NCBI GenBank assembly: GCA_964016885.1
Contig: OZ024743.1
Location: 252,278,001-252,342,000, forward strand
Direction of reading: 5' to 3'
Source of the DNA: Eledone cirrhosa
Lineage: Eukaryota
DNA length: 64,000 nt
Shown: positions 46,833 to 61,738 of the stretch, one piece after another
Layout: every line of letters begins with the position of its first letter
Position numbering within the stretch: the first letter of the stretch is position 1
Position numbers and translations under genes: made by a program
The notes under the pieces: model-generated
What the model was told of the DNA's origin: nothing
Database searches by the model: none
The model's input: only the letters and a program-made list of their open reading frames with translations

Positions 46833-47859
46833 GGCAGTCTTTCAACTAATACTTAACTATTCACTGTAATTGTCTCCTCTTGTCTTAAGGAAATCTCTTT
46901 CTTCTTCTTGTTTCCCTGATATATTTCATACAAATGAAATAGTTCTAGTCCTGTAGAAGTTATTTCTATACAAATAAAGATATATGTACTCTACCAAGTA
47001 TCTTTTTTAACTGTGGTCACCTCCCGATGCCCATTGAGAATCCACCTCTTTTCTCCTCCTTTCATTCCATTGCTTTTCAGATCTACCATTTCAACCTCCT
47101 TTCTACCACCTTCTAGTCTGTTGCTTTTCATACACACCTTTTCACATGACTAGTGTCTATTCACTATTGTGCAGACGGTAACTACGCTGCAAAAGATAAA
47201 TGAGGGATTCTTAAGATGCATAATTTGGCTGTCCATGACTGCCTGGTGTAGACAAGGAACTAGGAGAACAGTTGCCTCAACTAAAATAAGATTGCATGGG
47301 GCAGATGATGGGCCATTTTAAAAGCAGACTTTCTAGGAGGGCAGAGATGCCAATCAAATATGACTGGATGTGGTAGACGAGGTCTTTGTAAGCTGTAGTG
47401 AAAGCAACCCTTCTATGAGGGAAGTGACTCTGATTAAAAATAATTGCACAGGGCAGACGTAGACTCTGTAAGCCATGAGGAAGGTAACCCATCCAGGAGA
47501 GTATATATTCTTCAGTACATCTAATATAGGGTAGCAAGGACTCTCAAGTCCAGCAAGACAACTTGTCTAGTCCTGGTGGTATGAATAATGCACATAGTCA
47601 ATTCTTTAAAGTGGTTGGTGAAAAATGGGCATCCTGTCAGGAAGACCATGCCAAAATTATGGAAATCACAACCCATAAGATACCTACTAATTGCATATAC
47701 TGGGTTAACACTAGTCATGTTAGTGCTACACACAGTAGTGTGGTGGAAAGAGTAACCATGTGCAAGAACTCCTCAACTGTCTTCAAGCAATCACAGCCAT
47801 TTTTCATTCCAAGTACAAAGAACTGATACTCAAGGAACTAACTACTATCAAGTTACATA

Positions 47860-49950
47860 TCTCTGGACTGCCACCCTCAATTTTGTCATCTTGAAAGGTA
47901 AATTGTGGAGTGGTTAGAGAGGAGATAAGAGGAGGTATCCTGTGTATAAGTAGTGAGATGTAGGGGTGCCTCAGCAAGAATACTCACTGCAAATCAACAT
48001 AGATATAAACTTTTCTGGAAAGGAATTCTACTAGTTGCAAAGTAGATAAATAAGGTGATAGAGGTTGTCAGATTAAGTGACAGAATTATCAAACATAGAA
48101 TAGCTGTAGGTAAGAGAATGGTGAAAATTACATCTACTTATTGTAAGGCAACAGGATAGATGAATGGTAATAAATGCTAGAACATTCCCCAGAAATGAAT
48201 GTGCTTGCCCAAAACAAATTAGTTATTAGTGACTCCAGAATAAACACAAGACAGAACACTATATACAGGAAAATATAGAGTTGGAGGGTATGGCAGCTAA
48301 AGGACCATTCTGTCAAATCTAGAGGATGAATATGATGAGAGTGTAAATGAGTTAGATACATATAACATGAGGACATTCTTACATGACAACCTATTGCAAA
48401 CTACTGATGAGACATGTGGCTGGAGCAAAGTCCCAGCCAAACAGAGGGTGACCTGGTGGTGGAACAGCACTGTAGACAGAGCCATTAAAGCCATGAAAAG
48501 TCTGGAAAAATGGGAGTAAAAGAGATCAGTATCAGGTAGCTGAGAAGCTAGATGATAAGCATACATAACTTAGAAATAGTCTGAAAAAAGAAAGTTTGCC
48601 AATGTCTTGCAAGGCATTGTGTCAGTGTGAATCAGAATGTAGTTGGAGAAATGTGAGTTTGAAATGACACTGATGCACTTAGCACCACTAATGCTCAAAT
48701 GGAATAGGCCTGGAAATGTTACTATAAGAGGCTGATGAAAGTGTAGAATGAATAGGAGGAAGAGAGACTACTCCTAACTTATCCAACAGGAGGACCAGCT
48801 ATTGTAATCGACAGTTATAGTGACAAAGAAGCAATCAAGAAGAAAAATGATAAAGATTCAGGACCACAGGAGATTGTCAATGAGATACTAAAAGTATCTG
48901 CAGAAGAAGGAGCTGAACTAGGAACCTACATAATTAATCAGGTAATACATGACTTGTGCAGCTATACAATCGTAAATTGCTAGAAGGAAAAAAGTGATGC
49001 TCTAGAAGGGAGCAACTACAGAAGAATAAAACTAATGGAACAAGTTATAAAAGTGACAGAAAGAGTTCTAGCACAGCTAATTAGGGAAAAAGTCAAATTA
49101 GACAAGATGCAGTTCAGTTTTATGCTTGGTGAAAGTACAAAAGATGCCCTTGTCTTTGTAAGAAAACTACAAGAGAAATTCCTAACCAAGAATAAGTAGC
49201 TTTAATTAGCTTGTGTTGATCTAACAAAGATCTTTGTCGAAGAGCCTCAATCTGTCATCTGATGGTCCTCAAGGAAATTATGTGTTGAAAAATGGCTTCT
49301 GAGAGCAGTGCAAGTTATGTATAGCAGAGCTGTCAGTAAAGTGAGAGTAGGAAGTGAGTTTAGTAAGGAATTCAAGGTACAGGTATGAGTTCATTGGGGT
49401 TTGGTTCTCAGCCCACTTCTGTTCCTTTTAGTTTTCCAAGCAATAACAGAGGAGTTTAAAATTGGCTGTCCATGGGAACTTCGCTATGCAGATGATTTGG
49501 TTCTTATAGCAGAAAGTTAACTTAGAAAAAACTAAAGTATTGGTAAACAGAAAAAAAGACAGGACCCTGATCCCATCAAGGAATTGATCCTGATCGATAT
49601 GCAGAAAAAGAGTAGCCAGAAACTTGCAAGAGGTGTACTGTGATGACAAGCAGACTAAAGAGTAAGGAAGTTTTCATATGATCTGATGCACAGGGGTAAT
49701 TGATGGAACGAGCATCTGTGATATAAATCCTTTCCCATCACTTCAAGGATTACAAGGAAGCTGAAGGTAACATAGACCAAGGAACACCTGGGTGGAGACG
49801 GTAAGAGCTGATTTCAAATTGCTGAGACTCAGAAAGTAGATGATGAAGGAATGCAAAGAATGAAAAGATGCTCTGCTGTAAAAAACTCGTCTAACTCTGT
49901 GACCATGGAAAAACACATGTAATAAGGACGTTAATGATGATGATGAGGCT
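47860..49950 (+). pseudogene. Old, heavily degraded RTE LINE
   Basis: DNA similarity to the 4877 ORF (gatgagacatgtggctggagc, acctggtggtggaacag, aagatgcagttcagttt, ggctgtccatgggaacttcgctatgcagatgat = GCPWELRYADD); ends ggacgttaatgatgatg. Confidence 0.85.
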
Positions 49951-52400
49951 GATTGTAGTTGTTTAACTTATTTAGCTTTAGGCCCGTTCTGATTGTATAG
50001 CTTTATGATCAAAGAAATGCCAACATTTTTCTATACCCAGAACTACATTATCCAACGTGTTCATCAATCATTTATAACACTAGAGTGCGATTATGAGGAG
50101 GGATTTGACTGTTATTTCTAGCATTTTCAGTGAATATGTAGTGACATCTACTTCAATTTTGCCTTAAAACAAAAACCAAGTAATTTCTCATAACTAATTG
50201 AAGAGCTGTGTGTTTGTGTGTGTATATGTGTATGTATATCTGCATATTTGCATTTGTATATGTCTGCATATGTGCATAGATATTTAACTATGTGTATGTA
50301 TGGATGTGCACGTGTAACTGTGTGTGTGTGATTACATGTATTTGTGTGTCTATGTGCATGTATATATATATATCTGTCTATTTGTGTTAGGTGCAACTAT
50401 GCTCGGTGCAACTGTGCATGTGTGAATGTGTATGTGACATTGTTCTACAATGATTACTGTGTGTGTGTGTGTGTGTGTCTAAATGTGTCTGTGTATATGT
50501 AGCTGTCTGCATGTATCAGTACATATGTCTATAAATGCAACTGTCTACATGTATGTGTGTGTGACGTGTTTCCACAATGATTTGTGTCTAGAAATCCAAG
50601 TTAATCTACGGAAAGGTGTTCATAATAACATAGGATTAGAGTTTAATCTACAGGAATCATCTTCTCAATTGTGTTCAGGCTTAGATCAATAACCAATCAG
50701 TTTCTATTGATCTGTGGCATTAATACAATCGTGTGATACATTCTTGAACATATGTAACACAATACACACTATCTATCATGCCAAAGGCTGTCATGAAGTT
50801 TATGACATTGAGGAGAAAAGTCTGGAATTTCTGAGATTCTTTACATGTTTCTATGTATGTTTTAACCAATATTTTTGTCAAATCACTTTTTAATCATCAG
50901 CAATGTAATAGCTTATCAAACTGTTAGTGTGTTTGGCATCACCACCACCCTCAATGCCACTTCTCCCACCATCATCACTACAACCACCACAACCTTCATC
51001 ACTACAACACCATCATACAACCACCATCAAATGACCACTGTTACACCAACACCACCATTATCATACTACTATGATTACACCATCACCATCAGCACACCAC
51101 GTCCATCATCACACCACCAATGTCACACCACCATTATCTCAACTCCATTATCACACCTCCATCATCATGCCACCACAATCACACGAACACTTATCACACC
51201 AATATCATCAACACTGCTGCAGCTTTGAAAACCAGAAATAATAGTATATTGCATATCTTCCCTCTACTTTTTAAAAAGTATTCAGTTCATACACAATTCC
51301 TACAAACACACAAACACACATAGGTTTAGTATTGACAAATGCGTACTCAGTACAGTGGTAGAAATAAATAATTTTATTAAATCTTGATGTTCTGCATTAC
51401 CTGAAATTCCATAAACAAGATATTCCTGAAAAGCCAAAAAACAGCACTATAAAGAAGATTAAATCATTTAACTCGATAATGCAAATTTTCACAACAATCA
51501 GTCAATCAGTAATGATACTACAAACATTTTCTGCTAAATCACATCAGACTGGTCTGTAACTCTGGAGTTTTCTTGTAGGCTACAGATTCATTAGAGAATC
51601 ATAGACTATGTTTATATCATTTCTTCCTTCTCTTAGACTTATCTATCTCGTATTCTATCTTCTAATGAAGGACTTAGGTCTGAAATGTATGACTCTTTTC
51701 CTACAATAACAAACACTATACCTATTGTATTGTATTGTTTTCCACTCGTGTTTTTTCTTGTTGACCTTTTGCGCTTGCACACACACACACGCATGTATAT
51801 ATGTGTTTATATATATATCATGTTTCCTTATATAATTCTCAGTGTGTGACTGTGTGGAAGGATGAACCTTTGAATTACATATACAATCAGGCAGATTTCA
51901 CTAACAAGGCATTGGTCATACCAATCCAAGTCTATAGTAGAAGACAGATGCTCACAGTGGTGCTATTATGCAGTGAGATTGAATCCCAAACCCCATAGTT
52001 GTGAAAGAGATTCCTTAACCACAAAGCCATTCTTGCATGTATGTATGCAAAAATGTTCACATTTTTGTAAATGTGATTAACATTATAGAAATATTGCTAC
52101 AAAGTATCATGGCATAAGTTTAGCTAGAATAAAAAGTCTACAGTTTTTTCGAATTCCCAAAATCTAAAATATTCTTGGAGGAAAAAAATGTAATCATCCA
52201 AAAGATGTAATACAATATAAAAACTAGATATATTATCATATTTTTCTGTTTGAGAAACACATACACACACAAACACACATGTATATTCATGCATAGAAAC
52301 TCTCACACAGTCATATTTACATATATATATTAATGTAGTAATTTTCTTTAGAGGTAAGTGAAAATGCCCAGACTTTTTCTGTTCTACTATTTTAAGTAGA

Positions 52401-52490
<90 letters not shown>

Positions 52491-52536
52491 GTATGTATCT
52501 ATAATATGTATGAATTTGTGTATGTAGTATGTGTAT

Positions 52537-52888
52537 CATCATCATCATCATCATCAACGTTTAACGTCCGTGTTCCACGCTTGCATGGGTTTGGACGGGG
52601 GTATTCCCACTTGAGGCAAGAGTGATTGTCTTGCTCGCATAGGACTGTCTGGCAGGTTTTCTACAGTTGGATGCCCTTCCTAACACCAACCACATTTACA
52701 GTGTGGGTCTGGGAGGTTTTTACCGTGTTGCCTACACGGCCACATTACAGCGTGGACTGTGTGTTTTTTTGTCGTGACACCTACACGATCTCATTTGTTT
52801 CGGCCTGGATGGTGTGGCACCAACATAACTTTACATAGAAGGGGGCGGTGTGGATGGGGTGGGGGTGGTGGGACGGGGGTGTATTTTA
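52537..52888 (-). mobile_element. RTE 3' UTR-only insertion
   Basis: Near-identical reverse complement of 7362-7715. Confidence 0.9.
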
Positions 52889-52978
52889 TATGTATATATA
52901 TATAATTTTGGTTTACAAAGCTAGCCGAAGAGAATACATATATATGTTTGTATGCATAATATATAGTATATATACATA

Positions 52979-53043
<65 letters not shown>

Positions 53044-53601
53044 ATAATAATAAATTTGAAGACTAAAATCCAAAGAGGGCTCGATAAGGATATATATATA
53101 TCAAATATATAAGATCCGTAGAGCAAATATTTATATATATATATGTAATATGTCTATAATATATAATATATATATATATATATATATACACAGTTCAAGA
53201 GTAACCAATCTTAAAGAGAGAGATGGAGATAGGAGAGGAGATATGTTGACAATCTTTTAATAATGTCTTCCTTGTGAAATTTGTGGTCTTGTTTTTCTTA
53301 ACTAATGAATATATATATATATGGAACAAATTTAGTATTATAAATTTGGTTTTATATCTAAGTGAAAATGCCAACTTTTTCTATTTTGCTATTTTATAGA
53401 TATAGAAAATGTTTGTGTATCACAATTTTTAGAATAGATACACTGCATTCCTATGTGCCATAGGAGGCCAAAAAAATATTATTGTTAAGAAGGGCATCCA
53501 GCTGTAATACTCTACCTCAAACAAATCTAGTCTAGCCCTTTCCAGTATGGAAGAGTCAACATAAATAGGATAATGATCTTGCTATATGTTTTCACCTGTG
53601 T

Positions 53602-53970
53602 GTCATCATTATCATCACTGTTTAATGTCCACTTTTCCATGCTGGCATGGGTTAGATGAGTTATCCTGTTGTGAGCAACGATAGGTCAGGTGACCATGTC
53701 ATGCTTATATAGAATCAATTTTGGCCTTGTTTCTACAGCTGGATGCCCTTCCTAACACCAACCTCCTTTACAGTTAATGCTGGGTGCTTTTCGTTGTGAT
53801 GCCTACATGACCACGTCACAGTGCGGACTAGGTGTTTTGGCCGTGACACCTACACGACAAATTTACTGAGTGGGCTGAGTGCTTTTTGCTGTGATACCTA
53901 CATGACCATTTTACAGTGTGGGCTGGGCACTTTTTGTCATGTCATCATCACGTTCACTTTACAGTGTGTT
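53602..53970 (-). mobile_element. RTE 3' UTR (second subfamily), diverged
   Basis: Similar to 2200-2470, with more ~45-bp units. Confidence 0.75.
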
Positions 53971-54066
53971 TAAGTGGATATAACCACTACAACTTATAAT
54001 TGATCATTTTTTCTTCCTATGGATTGTTGCTAAATATGGATTTCCTATAAATTATGAACTACCACT

Positions 54067-54551
54067 TCATAATAACATCATCATTGTCACCACAATCATC
54101 CCCATCATCATCATAATAATTAACATTGTCATCATCATTGCCAGCACCACCACCATCACCACCATCATCATCACAATCATCACTACCATCACCACCACCA
54201 TTATCATCATTACCATCATCATTATCATCATCATCGTCACCATCATCATCCCCACCTCTACCACCACCACCAACACCAGCATCACCGCCATCACTATCAC
54301 TGTTTCAATCATCATCTTCATCCTCACCACCACCACCACCATCACCACCACCACATCCTTATCATATATGATGATCCACATTTCACTGCATTTTCCCAAG
54401 TGCCTTTCCAACATGTAGTAGCAACATCCATTATCCATCTCTAGACAAAAGGTCTTACTATTATTATCATCATCATCATCATCATCTTTATTATTATTAT
54501 TATAATTACTATTATTATTATTATTATTATTGTTGTTGTTGTTGTTGTTGC

Positions 54552-54585
<34 letters not shown>

Positions 54586-54587
54586 AT
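54067..54587. repeat. Compound trinucleotide repeats (CAT/CAC, ATT, GTT)
   Basis: Direct reading; a similar (CAC/CAT) tract lies at 50937-51215. Confidence 0.9.
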
Positions 54588-55220
54588 TCAGAGCCACGGC
54601 ATCAGGCTGAAAATCCAGAATTCTTCTTTCTGTAATAAATGGTACTGGAGTTTCACTCTTTGATATTTATGCTAGAAATTCCCTGGAGATTATTACGTGA
54701 AAGCGGCACTATACAAAGCTATTCACTACCATCTTTTGGAATGGAATTTCATAAATAAAAGTAATAAAATGAAACAAGATAACAAAAACAAAGAGAAAAT
54801 GAAAATTAATGTTAAAGCAAAAAAAAAAAATTAAATAAAACAAAGTGAAATGGAACGACAAAAAAAATCAATAACAACAACAACAATAATAATAATAATA
54901 ATAATAATAGTCAAGAATAAAGAGCAAGAAAACTTTGTTTTAAAAGGTTTCCTGAAACTATTAAATAAAGCATTATATTCTAATGTTCATCAATATTCAG
55001 CGTTCATTATCTCCAGGTCACTGGTTCAAATAATCCCCTGGGTTGATGTGTTATAACATAGGGAATGGTACATTACACTAATTGCCTCTGTTTGCCACTC
55101 ACTGGAGAATACAGTAGATTCTGTGTATCAGTTGTCAGTATATATGCTCACGCACATGCATAAATAAATGTGTGTATATATATATATATTTATATATAGG
55201 TATATATATATATATATATG

Positions 55221-55258
<38 letters not shown>

Positions 55259-55320
55259 ACATTTACATACATATGTAAGTAATCATATTCAAACACACAT
55301 ATATATATGTATATACATAC

Positions 55321-55367
<47 letters not shown>

Positions 55368-57701
55368 AGTTTGGCAATGTACATATATATCTCTATATAT
55401 GCTCACAGATCTACATAATATTAGGCAATCCTATACATATGTATGTATTTATTTATGCAATTATGTATCACAATGTATGTATGTATCACTATGTACATGT
55501 GTATGTGTATAGTTCTGTATGTGTATAAGCACATGCTTCCAAACATACATATTAGTAAGCAATCAAATGACAGCAGTTAAAGCATAATAGTTTAAATGAT
55601 GCCTTACTAAAAGACATTTGATATGTCTTTATCTAATTGTCTCTTTGTTTACATAAACACATATGACACAGACCCCTCTCCCACACATATATATGTAATT
55701 AAGAATGGGTTTCCAAAGAGGAACAGAGGAGAACCACAGTTAAATTAAATATGGTACTGATTCCATTAGTAGAAAATGTACATATTTATTTCATATAGAA
55801 ATGGCTTCTACAGTTCTAGAACTATTTGAAATTACCGGGAAAGTCCTGCTGGTACCACAATAAAATCCATGCATCCCATTCCGTAAAGTGGTAAAGCTGC
55901 TGCCACAATAAAACATAAAGTTGTTGGTATTAGGAAGGGCATCCAGCTGTAGAAATCATGCCAAACTGGATTATATGAGTCTTGTCTCAGAATGTGACAA
56001 CTTACCCAACCCATGCCAGTGTAGGGCACACACATAAAACAGTGATGTTGTGATGATGATATACATGATTAAGTGTTCATACTAGTGCAGAAAAAATAAT
56101 GTTAGAGAGATAGAGTTATCATTTTCATGACAAATTTTCTTTGCTTTACACTAGTTGGAAGAAATCTAGAGCTTATCCAGATTTCTTAGACATTAAATGG
56201 GGTTATCTACAAGCTGCTACTGGTACTTATTATCAGCTGATGAAACTGGAGCAGTGTGAATAGAAATGCCTTGCTCAGAGACACAATGTGACAACTGATC
56301 TAGCAATTGAATCCCCAACCCAAGTTTGGATTAACCATTAAGCAAAATAAGCTCATGTCTAGAGCAAACCATTAAGAAAAATAAGCACATTCTAAAGGCA
56401 CCATGGAAAGAGTGACACTATTTTATTAATCATTTAGCAAAATAAACATTTGTTTATTACATCAAGAGAAGAGAGGCACAATTTTATTAACCATTTAGCA
56501 AAATAAGCACATGTTTATTGTATGAATTTAAGAGGGCAGGATTTTATTCAAATTAAATATACTTTATATATGAGGGGCACTATAATCTTCCAAGTGCTTT
56601 GGGCTTCAGAAGACTTTTTCTGATTTTGTCACAGTCTTATGATTGTAAGTCCAATATTTTAACCCCTGGACCACACACCTTCACCACTATTAGAGAGATG
56701 CCACATAAATTCCTCAATGAGGTATATGACTTGATATCAATCATATCACTGAATAGATATACTACCAGGCACACAATGGAACTAATGATTTAAACATGAT
56801 GTCCTTTTCTTCATGAAATTTCATATTGATATCAACTACACCTCCATGACAATACCATGGCATCATATCAATACTATAACGAGGTTAATCAGTAAACTAC
56901 AATATCAGTTTATCCATAAGGTTAATTAATCTGTTATGACACTAATTAGACGAATATATTGATATGAATTACAATAGCTACATAATTAGTGTTAATAATA
57001 ATATCAAGTGCTTTATAGCATTAATTGGTATGATATATTATAAGAATTATTTCTCACAAGGCCAGAAACCTGTTGGGGAAGCAGCTGTCGGTTACATTGA
57101 CCTAAGGGCTTCACTGGTACTTTATTTCATTGATCCTAGAATGACGAAAGAATATAAAGAAACATATTTAGATAAATACTCCATAGCATTTTGTCCAATA
57201 GTTCTAATTATACTGACAATGTACCATATTATAGAATAACAATTTCTAATTTCAGCGCAAGGCCAGCAATATGTAGGACAGAGAAAGACAATTAAATCTA
57301 CCCCAATATTTTACTAATGGTACTTTATTTTATCAACCCAAGAAAGTGGAAAAGCAAAGGTGACCTCAAGAGGAATTGAACTCAGAACATAAACATCATA
57401 AATAAATGCCACAAAGCAATTTGTCTGATGCTCTAATGATTCTACCAATCTATTACTCTACCATGGATGAATGGTCCTGTACCTCCTAGGGAGTTGTAGG
57501 TGTGCAGTATTGAACAACATTTTTAGGGCATTTTTAAACCTGGTGGAACTCAATCCTCTCCAGGTCTGAATACAGCAGCTTTCTTCCAGAGAAGGATAGA
57601 GAGTGAGAGAATGGAAGTGAGAAAGAGATAAAGAGGAAGAATCAATTCCAGTAATTGACTGGTACTTTTTTTCATCCACCTATTTTAGTATAATAATAAT
57701 A

Positions 57702-57886
57702 CAGGTAAAATTCCATTATAACGAATACTATTATAACGAATTTTTCAGTATAATAAATTTTTTTCAATCCCCAAGGTAATAACAAATAAAGGTTCAATTT
57801 GTTTCGGTCAATTTCATTATAAAGAATTTTTCGTTACAATAAATTTTTTTATACCCTGTGAATTTCATTATAATGGCATTTCACTG
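57702..57886. mobile_element. pogo/Tigger-like MITE
   Basis: TA-caggtaaaattccattataacgaa ... ttcattataatggcatttcactg-TA; internal ttataacgaa repeats. Confidence 0.7.
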
Positions 57887-57899
57887 TAATAACAAATAT

Positions 57900-58272
57900 A
57901 ATAATATTCTTCTAATAGATGTATCTATCACCACAGACGACAATATATCTTCCAAGGAAATAGAGAAAGTCTCCAAATCTAAAGATCTAGAGATAGAAAT
58001 ACCTCAAAAGTGGAAAATGAAAACAGAAACAATACCTATAATAATAGGTGCTTTAGGAATGATAAAAAGAAAAAACCCACATAGTCAAATACATAGCCTA
58101 AACCCCAAGACTTACAAATATATACAAACAAATAGTACTACAAGGCACTGTACACATATTACGAAAAGTACTATCAATACAATAGAAACAACATCAGCAA
58201 AATCTACACTACGCATACCCAAGGCACACACAGCTGTGCCTGGTAAAGCAGTAATGATGCGTAATAAAATAA
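57900..58272 (+). mobile_element. 3' end of an R4/Dong-like non-LTR element (restriction-like endonuclease remnant)
   Basis: ILLIDVSIT.D.NI..KE.EK.SK..DLEIEI...WKM....IPIIIGALG; sits in (TAA)-rich context. Confidence 0.75.
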
Positions 58273-58453
58273 TAATTGTTTCTACTTTTGGCACAAGGCC
58301 AGCAATTACCCAGTGCATTACTGGTACTTTATTTTATCGACCCCGTAAGGATGAAAGGCAAAGTTAACCTCAGCGGGATTTGAACTCAGATCGTAAAGTA
58401 CATAACCATGCTGGAAAGTGTGTCTGACCCTCTACCAATACTGCCAATTCACC
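58271..58453 (-). mobile_element. Nin-domain SINE
   Basis: Same family as 16201-16395. Confidence 0.85.
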
Positions 58454-59076
58454 AATAACAGTAATGATGATGATCTTTGTTACAGGCCAAAAACGCCCTA
58501 AACATTGAGAAGAATTAGATGGATGGAAAATAAAGCCACTGCTCAGCATTTAGCTTACATCAAGTAAAAGGAAAGGAAAGGAACAAATGGAAACCAGTCA
58601 GTATGAAATTAACAATAATTGTAATAAATAGTCATGATAAAAATAGAAATCAACTATAAATATGGTGTAACTAATGGTATCAAGTATTAATACTTAAGAT
58701 AATTATCTTGATATATACACACACACATTTTTATCATCATCATTATTTTACATCCATTTTTCCATGCTTGCATGGGTTAGACAGTTATTTCCAACACAAC
58801 ATTCTCCTACTCAGGTTCATCATTATTTCCTCCGTGAGCATCAGTAATTTGAGATCGGCTTTCATAATGTCTGTGCATGTTTTCCATGGTCTCCCTCCAT
58901 TTCATCTTCCTTCCACTAGGATTTATAGTTACTTCTTCACCCAATGATCATCATCATTTTATACTATGTATCATTAGCACTACCATTAGTTTAATATTTG
59001 GCTCTGACCACTAATTATTAATACCACTGGTTTTGTAATATGACGAAAGTGCTGTTGTTATTAGAAACCGCTATGA

Positions 59077-59267
59077 GGGTGGTGGATTGGCAATATCGGT
59101 AGAGGGTCAGACACCATGCTTTGTAGCAAAGAGTTACGGCCCTTTATGATCTGAGTTCAAATCCTGCCGAGGTTAACTTTTCCTTTCATCCTTACGGGGT
59201 AAATAAAATAAAGTACCAGTAATACACTGGGATAATTGCTGACCTCGTGCCAAAAGTAGAAACAATT
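59077..59267 (+). mobile_element. Nin-domain SINE, full length
   Basis: A box TGGCAATATCGG, B box GAGTTCAAATCC, CCTTTCATCCTTACGGGGT core. Confidence 0.88.
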
Positions 59268-59276
59268 AATAATAAT

Positions 59277-59464
59277 TGTTTCTACTTTTGGCACAAGGCC
59301 AGCAATTATCCCAGTGCATTACTGGTACTTTATTTTATCGACCCCGTAAGGATGAAATGTAAAGTTAACCTCGGCGAGATTTGAACTCAGATCATAAAGG
59401 GAGGTAACTATATGCTTCAAAGCATGGCGTCCGACCCTTACCAATACTGCTAATCCACCGCCCC
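59277..59464 (-). mobile_element. Nin-domain SINE inserted tail-to-tail into the previous copy
   Basis: 20-bp TSD TAGAAACAATTAATAATAAT at 59257-59276 and 59465-59484. Confidence 0.9.
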
Positions 59465-60004
59465 TAGAAACAATTAATAATAATAATAATAACAATAATC
59501 ACAAGGGATCACACCATACTGTTTTCACCACTGGTGAGTTTTTTTAATAGGTTGATGTGTATCGCTAGATATACAAATTCACATAGCTATGTTAGAGTTA
59601 AAACTCTAATTTTATTTTCCAACTGAGCTAGCTGATAGATCTATATGCAAATCAAGCTATTCAGCTCATGTATATAGGTGTCTAAATTATATATTTTCAC
59701 CTATACTGAGTTCCTGCAGCAAGCGATTAAGGTGCACTGGCTTGATAACAACCAGAGTCAGAAACGACGACATCATAGTTGTCAGTTAACTATCCTTAGC
59801 TTCTGCTGGAATACACTAGATGGTGCTATGCCATCAGTTTCCTAATTCATAGCAGAAGGCTTTCAAAATGTTTATTTATAAACATAACGTATATTACTAG
59901 ATATACAAATTCAAACACACACACACATATATTTATATATTCATATATCTATATCTATATATATATATATAGTGTTAACTCCCAAACATTGGACCAGATC
60001 AAAG

Positions 60005-60057
<53 letters not shown>

Positions 60058-60060
<3 letters not shown>

Positions 60061-61117
60061 ATAATTGTCTTTTTGCTTATGTATTTTCTAACTTACCACT
60101 TTCTTTAATCTTGCCCAACTTGATAAACTCTTTGAATTGCTCCCTAATTAAATTACTTAAATTACTTAAATTATTGTATCTATTATGCCTAAGTTGTATC
60201 TGTTGAAGCAGCCCTTTGAAAATTCCTCGGATATCCCAAATACCGTAATTTTTAATTTTTAACTTTTAATTTGTAATTTTCCTCAATTCGTTTATATATA
60301 TCCTTAAAGGCTCTCTAAAATTTTAATTCTTCGAAGGGTCTCTCGGAGGAGGTTCCTATTAAAAATATTAAAGGGGCCTTTTCTGAGAGATTTATTGAAG
60401 GCTCTTTGAATTAACCTTTAATTGAGTAGTTTCTCTCAGCTTAGTAGGGAATATCAAAACTTCGTAAGTTTTCTGAAATTTGTTAACGTGATCTCGGGGG
60501 AAGAAAGTTTTTTTCTTTCGAAAAAAAATTTTTCTCTCGAAGGAATTTCTTAGGAAACTTTATATTTTTTAGGGAAACTTTATATTTTTATTATTTTTTC
60601 ATTTTTTTATTTTATTAGCCTCTTAATTTCTTCTAGTTTATTAGGTTTATTGGAGCCTGTAAGCTTTATGCACTTATTGAGGGATTTTTTAAGGTGCTTC
60701 TACGAGATCCCAAGTCTTTTAATTTAATTTTTACTTTTAATGCGTAAATTATATATTATCTAATTTTTAACCTTCAATCCCTGACCCCGACAACTAATAT
60801 AAAAGAGCCCCCTTAGAATATAGACCCCAACTATACAAGCGGAGCTGCTGATGTATACCACAATTTCAATTGAGTGATACGTTGATGTAAATAATGATCT
60901 TACAATCACATGTTATATGCCTTGAAAAGTCCCACCATAAGGTCGGACGAAACGGTTGTCGGCAATAAACATGTTATAATGTCATAATAATTCCTTTGTT
61001 CTTTTTCACTAATATTTCTGCTCTGCTTATACGCATAGAGCTTAACTAGCTACCGTCACATAATTGGTAGGTCAGACGTGATCATCGCGATTCACATACG
61101 ACCTACCATACATCTTG

Positions 61118-61120
<3 letters not shown>
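60058..61120 (+). mobile_element. Probable PLE 3' UTR/pLTR fragment in (TA)n with a degenerate hammerhead (60918-60964)
   Basis: TGCC-ttgaaaa-GTCC...GGAC-GAAA-CggttG-TC-GGCA: stems intact, CTGAnGA box with two substitutions. Confidence 0.6.
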
Positions 61121-61163
<43 letters not shown>

Positions 61164-61704
61164 CTTTGGTCTGGTCCAATGTTTGGGAGTTAACCCCAGA
61201 TGGAGGCAGTTCAGGCATTTGTAACATCTGTCTGAGTGAGACCCTCAAGATACTCAGAGGGGGTATGCAAATAATCAATAGAAGGGCTGTCTACACCTCA
61301 GGAGAGGAACTTTCCTCAAGCTATATGGTTGGTAACCCTGCCTCCTAGAGTTCCAGATGGATCACGTTAGCCTCCTGTATCTATCTCTTTTTGTCTCTCT
61401 TAATCTCTAAATACATCCCAGAGCCACCCTAACCTCATGGTGGTAAACTCCTATATTTTTTCTTTGGAATTTACCCATTTCCTACTTACATATATAATAC
61501 GTTTCTTAGCATATTCTATATCTTTGTACAACTATCAATTTTATGATATATATTAGACGTTGGCATAGTCTAATCTTGATTCTTTTCAGACTTTGTTTTC
61601 AGTACTTTGTTTCTACTTCTGTACAATTTACTGTATACTTGTGATGTATTCTTTGTTTATTTAATAGCCATCTATCTTCAGTTATATTTTCACGTTATTC
61701 TCCT

Positions 61705-61738
<34 letters not shown>

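Noticed and set aside
54067-54760. 176-aa minus-strand ORF and adjacent unique sequence as a host exon
   Set aside because: ORF is mostly trinucleotide repeat with a GTG start; no domain recognised
59077-59175. tRNA gene
   Set aside because: A/B boxes belong to a SINE head; no cloverleaf
59730-59790. GAAAC...GTC hairpin resembling an HHR half
   Set aside because: No CTGAnGA box at the right position
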